A stretch of 42,403 nt of DNA from Parvularia atlantis. Lineage: Eukaryota. Position numbers and translations under genes: made by a program. Position 1 is the stretch's first letter; each line of letters starts with the position of its first letter. Positions 37,492-42,403 of this stretch are shown here, piece after piece. Under the pieces are notes generated by a model. That model made no database searches, was not told where the DNA came from, and worked only from the letters and a program-made list of their open reading frames with translations. The stretch is taken from NCBI GenBank assembly GCA_943704415.1, contig CALSCO010001185.1, positions 1-42,403 on the forward strand, written 5' to 3'.

Positions 37492-40400
37492 ATGGCACGC
37501 GACGACCTTGAGGGCCTGCTCGCGCCGCGCCTCGACGACGGCGGCGACCACGCCAGCGCGCACTACATGCGCCGCTCGCGCCCGGCGCCGCCGACGTGGG
37601 TCGCGCTGGCGATCTACGCGCTCGTGGTGCGCCGCGCGCCCCGCAACGGCCGCCGCCGCGACGGCGGCTCACGCGGCGCCGCGTCGCACACCGCAGGGCG
37701 CGTATGTCGCCGTGCTCTTCAGCGGCGTCCTGCTCGCGCAGCTCCCGTCCAACGTCGTCCCGCCCAACCCGCCCGCGCCCGTTTCGCTTGTCGACTTTAG
37801 CGAGACGCGCGCCGCCGCGACGCTCGGCGCGCTCGTCGAAGTGGCGCTCGCGGCGTCGCGTGTCGTGCGCCCCGACGGCAACCTTGGCATCGCCGGTGCG
37901 GCCACCTGCGCTGCCTCGTCCAGCCTGACTAGCACGCGCGCGCCGGCCAGGCCGCCTGAGCACGACGGACGCGATCGTGCGCGCCGCCGACCTGCTGCAG
38001 GCCGAGCTCAAGGAGCTGCAGGCGACGTACCCCGACCTCGGGCTCGAGGTCGACCGGACGAGCTCGGCGGGCGTGCGCTCGTTCGCAGACCAGGTGTGCG
38101 CGCACGCACAGCATGAGGGGCGGCTGACGAGAGCGCGCGCGCACGGCAGGCCTACGTGATCGCCTACACCGACGTCGTCAACGTTGTGGCGCGCCTGCCC
38201 GGCCGCAACGGCCCCGACGACCGCGCCGTGCTGCTGTCGGCGCACTACGACAGCACGCACTGGTCGCCCGGCGCGTCCGCCAACGCCGCCTCGGTCGCCA
38301 CCGCGGTCGAGGTCCTGCGCACGCTAATGGCGCGGGCCGCCGCCGGCGACGTGCTCAACGCGACGGTCATCGTGCTCTTTGACGACTCGAAGGAGGCCGG
38401 TGCGCGGGCGCGCTAGGCTGCAGTGACACGCCTAACATGCACACATGCGTTGCAGACCTACTCGGCATCGACGCCTTCTCGACGCACCCGTGGTTCCCGC
38501 AGATCGCGACCTACGTCAACATGGTGCGAGCACGACCGCGCGCGCGACCGCACGCGCCGCGCCTCAACGTGTTGCCGCAGAACTCGCTCGGCGGCTGGGG
38601 CCGCCCGCTGCTCACGCAGCTCGGCCCGGGCAATGACTGGCTCGCGTCGGTCTACAAGAGCACGGTGCCGTACGCCGAGGCGTCGGTCATCGGCACCGAG
38701 CTGTTTGAGGTCTCGCCGTCGTTCACCAACTTCAACGTGCGCCGCCCACGCACGCGCGCGCGTGCGTGCGACGGCACGGCTGACACGCGTGCGCTCGCAG
38801 GACTTTGCCGAGACCGGCGTGCCCGGCATCGGTGCGGCGACGTGGTGCTGTGGCGACGGCAGCGCTCACGACGGCGCCGCGCAGAGTTTGACCTGTACCG
38901 CAACGGCTACATCTACAATACGGGCCTGGACACGCTCGACACGTACCAGAACGGGACGCTGTACGTCTACGGCCAGAACGTGCTTGCGTACCTGAGCGGG
39001 TGCGCGCCCTCGTGTGTGTGTGTGTGTGCCTCGCATCGCGCTGACGCCGCTGTTCAGCGTGGTCGCCGCGCACGAGTTTTACGCGCTTGAGCGGCTCACG
39101 GCGAGCCAAAATCGCACGACGGCGACGTACTACGACGTGCTGCTGGGCCCGGTCGTCGCCTACGCGCCCACGACGGCGATCGTGCGTGCGCCCGCGCCTG
39201 CGCCCGCGTTTGGTGCTGACGACGACGACGGCGAACAGGCGCTGACGTCGATGAGCGCGGTGCTCACGCTCATCATCTTCGCCGCGGGCCTGTACCTGTA
39301 CACGCGCCAGAGCCGCCTGCCGGTGTTGGACCGCATCGCGGGCATCTCGATCCAGATGCTGTTCTCAGTCATCTTCATCGGCTTTGACGTCTTTGTGAGC
39401 GTGCTGATGGCGGCCGCGTTTGGGTGCGCGTGAGCGTGCTCGCGCCTGTGGAGGGCTGACGCGCCGGGCCACGAACGCAAAGCGTCATCCTCGACCAGGT
39501 CAACCCGCTTGCCTGGTATGCCAACGTGCCCATCGGCGTCTTTGCCATCGCCGCCTGGGCCGTCGTCTGCTCCAACTTTTTCCTGCTCGCGCACGCGTCG
39601 GGCCTGCACTGGGTGCGTGTGCGGGCACAAACGTGTGGCGGGGATGCTCACGGACCTGGTGCCAGTTCCGCTGGCCGCTCTGGAACCGCGGCTACGGCGG
39701 CGCGGTCGTGCCGAACGAGGTGCTCGTGGCCTGCTCGGTTCAGATCATCTTCACTGCGATCATGATTATACTCACGGCTGGTGGCTGGGGCGCGGCGTAT
39801 CTGCCGTTCTGGTGCGTGGCGTGGTCGGCCTTGAGTTGGCTCACGCGCGCGGCACGCAGGTACTGCATGAGCTTCAACGTGGCGGCGCTCGGCGCGGTCA
39901 TCTACTTTGGCGCGACGTCGTCGCCCGACACCGTGCGGCCCAACTACGACGCGGTGGCGCACGAGGATACGTGCGTACCGCACGCGCTGCCACGGCCGTC
40001 TCATGTGCGCTGATCCCACCTGCGTCCGCAGCAACGACGACGTCTGGGGCAGCGCGAGCAAGGTCATCAACGCCCCCGACACCTCCGAGCGCGTCTCGAC
40101 GTTCCCGTACCCCGCGCAGACGGCCGCGTCGCTCACCCGCCGGGACCGCGTCGCGTGGACGCTGTTCTACGTCACGTGGACCATCTTCCCGACGCTGCTC
40201 ACGCTCAACCTGGCCTACAGCAGCACGTTCAGCATCGTGCCCGTGCTCGCGCGGCTGGGCGTGCCCCAGGGCGGCACGTACCTCGGCCTGTTTGTCGGCA
40301 TCATCTACGGCCTGTTTGCGGTGGCCGTGACGGCGCCGTGGTTCGCGCTGCAGCAGCGCTACCAGCACCGCTCCGTGCTCTCGGCCATCCTCGCGACGGG

Positions 40401-41386
40401 CGCGCTCATCGCGCTGCTCGTGGGCATGTTTGCCGTCGCGCCGTTCACCGACGCACGCCCGCGCCAAGTCGAGGTCACGCACTACACCCGCCTCGACTAC
40501 AACAACGAGACCGCGTCGCAGTCTTTCATCACGCTCTCGGCGCCCAACCCGGGCCGGCTGAGCGACGTGCGTTTTTCCCTCCGCTGCTGCCGCGCGGCAC
40601 GGACCGCTGACGTTGCGCCGCACGCCCCATGGCAGATCACCAACGAGATGAGCGCCTACACCGCCTGGAACGCGTGCACCGTGCCGCAGTACCGCTTCCT
40701 GCTCAGCGACGGCCTGTGCCTGGGCCGCGTGGACGTCGTGAAGCCCAACGTGACCACGCCGACGCTGCGCAAGCTCGGTGCGCCGCACCACGTTGTCCCG
40801 TGTGCCGCCGCAGCCCGCTGACTGTGCACGGCGCGCGCGCGCGCGCAGGCTCGGCCATCATCAACGGCGTGTGGGAGGTCGAGCTCGAGCTCGCCGCGCC
40901 CGACGCCTCAGCCATCCTCTTCCGCTTCACCGGCGACCTCGTCGGGTGGTCGCTCGTCGCGCCGGTGCGCACCCGACACGTGCGCCTTTTTCACGCTGAC
41001 CTCACCGTAGATCCCACCGCCTGGCCCGCTTGGCACCTACATCGCCGGCTACAACGTGCGTGCCCGCCCGCGCACGCCGACCCCGGGCCGCGCACTCAAC
41101 GCACGCGCACGCACAGTTCCCCGGCTACATCGAGGTCAAGGAGGGGCGCGCGATCCTCATCCGCTCGCGCGCCGACGTGCAGCAGCTCACGCTGCGGTTC
41201 GACGTCGGCACGGCCACCTCGGCCGGCATCGCGTTCGAGCTCTGGAGCAACGTGCGCGCGGTCTCGCCTCTTCAGCAGGCCGTGATCGACGACCTGCCGA
41301 GCTGGGCCGCGGTCTGGGGCAAGAGCAACGTACCCGGGCCGATCGTGACAGTGCTGGCGGGCGCGCTCTCGAGTGCGGCGCCGTGA
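37492..41386 (+). CDS. ERMP1/Pff1-like multipass M28-family protein with degenerate zinc ligands (probable pseudo-peptidase), about 18 exons
   Basis: NVVARLPG..VLLSAHYDS..SPGAS..EVLR..IVLFD..HPW..YVN..LG; YYDVL; many TM segments; PFTDARPR; C-terminal LPSW. Confidence 0.85.
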
Positions 41387-41426
41387 TGCTCTCCCTGTCT
41401 TTGTGCCAGTTGCGCCTCTTACAAAA

Positions 41427-41637
41427 GTGCCTAAACTGAACTCCTTGTGTCATTGTGGAGCCGAGTCGTCCTTGGTGGCACCTTTCTCCGGGCCCGAGGC
41501 AGCCTCAGGGGTTTCCCCCCGCATCACGAGCAGTGCTCGTGGTTCTTGAGATAAGCCAGGCCTGTTCCGTGCGCCGTTGATGCGGTGTTTGGGCTTCTAT
41601 AAGGTCGAGTTCGAGCTCGCTTCCCCGCCACACCGCA
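41427..41637. ncRNA. Candidate structured non-coding element between the ERMP1-like gene and MRPL23 (class unknown)
   Basis: Dense cluster of inverted repeats in the window's largest gap: GTGCC/GGCAC, CTCC/GGAG, GAGGC/GCCTC, GGGG/CCCC, CCGCATCA/TGATGCGG, CACGAGC/GCTCGTG. Confidence 0.35.
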
Positions 41638-41714
41638 CCCATCATGGCCTCCGCTCTTGCTGTCGTCTGCACGCGCTCACCCGCCCGCCCTCACCCCTGC
41701 CCCTCCCACGCAGC

Positions 41715-42180
41715 ATGGCAGCCAAGACGCACGCGTTCCTGCCGAACCTCGTGTTCAAGCTCGTGCGCTCGCCCTCGACCAAGTTCAACCAGGTCGCCTT
41801 CCGCGTGGTGCGCCTTGCGCGCGCCTTGCGCACGGTCGACCGGCTCACGCGAACGCGCGCGCACGCAGAGCCCGACGCTGTCCAAGATCGACATCAGGAA
41901 GTGCGCGCGGCCCCCGTGCGAGCCGCTGTCAGCACTGACGACCCGCACGCACAGCTACCTCGAGCGCGTGTACGGCCTGAACGTGCTGCAGGTCAACACG
42001 ATGAACTACATGGCGCGGCAGAAGCGCGACAAGTTTGGGCGGCCGCGCACCGAGGCCAAGTTCAAGAAGGCCATCGTCACGCTCAACCAGGAGTTCAAGT
42101 TCCCGGACCCGCCGCGCAACAAGGACAAGGACAAGCCGCTGCAGCAGAAGCCCGGCGGCGCGCCGCAGTACTCGATCTGA
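41715..42180 (+). CDS. MRPL23: Mitochondrial ribosomal protein uL23m, 3 coding exons
   Basis: FLPNLVFKLVR..VAFRV|SPTLSKIDIRN|YLERVYGLNVLQVNTMNY..FKKAIVTL..FKFPD. Confidence 0.88.
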
Positions 42181-42213
42181 ACATTGCACTGTACACAACC
42201 AGGGCAGCGGCGA

Positions 42214-42353
42214 TCACCGCACGCACGCGACCGTCGTCAGCGGCCGCTCGCAGCCGCGCCGCCCGTAGCCGTCGGGCACCTGGCCCGGCAGGCACGAGTC
42301 GATGAGCACGTTGAGCACGGCGCCGTTGTCGTAGAGCGTCGTGCTGCCGCCGC
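42214..42353 (-). CDS. Probable 3'-terminal exon of an unknown gene entering from the right edge
   Basis: TGTAG acceptor at 42354, then GGSTTLYDNGAVLNVLIDSCLPGQVPDGYGRRGCERPLTTVACVR* with strong GC3 bias. Confidence 0.5.
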
Positions 42354-42403
42354 CTACAATCACTGCGTGTCACATCGCGCAGCGCGCAAGGTCCAGCCCC
42401 CCC

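Noticed and set aside
41412..41428. GCCTCTTAC resembling U5 snRNA loop I (GCCTTTTAC)
   Set aside because: There is a mismatch in the invariant loop, no closing stem and no Sm site.

Overview
This is an extremely compact, very GC-rich, intron-dense eukaryotic (protist-like) region, not prokaryotic DNA. The supplied ORF track is mostly spurious, so gene models were built by hand-splicing. I find 23 complete and 2 edge-truncated protein genes: a partial mitochondrial-type protein, Yos1/IER3IP1, roadblock dynein light chain, bioF, RPC34, RanBP1, an amino-acid transporter, a large Rab-like GTPase, ESS2, a zinc-knuckle/RD-repeat protein, DnaJ, ZNHIT2-like, MCCC2, a RIOK3-like kinase, OMA1, a PUFA elongase, a coiled-coil membrane protein, a bromo-BAH chromatin protein, NSUN5, a WH2-PX-BAR-WCA protein, AHCY, RPS11, an ERMP1-like protein, mitochondrial uL23 and a terminal exon of an unknown gene. 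Introns are mostly about 50-80 nt, with GTGCG donors, CTGAC/CTCAC branch sites, GCAG acceptors and no polypyrimidine tract. Most notable: (1) a sorting-nexin-like PX-BAR protein carrying its own Arp2/3-activating WCA tail plus an N-terminal WH2; (2) divergent gene pairs whose start codons are only 10-45 nt apart, with recurrent TCGAAA (5') and TGTAC (3') motifs; (3) five GC-AG introns; (4) a box C/D-like RNA in an RPC34 intron and a structured intergenic element; (5) an ERMP1-like pseudo-peptidase and a GTPase with an aberrant G3 box. All calls come from motif recognition by eye; no database searches were run.
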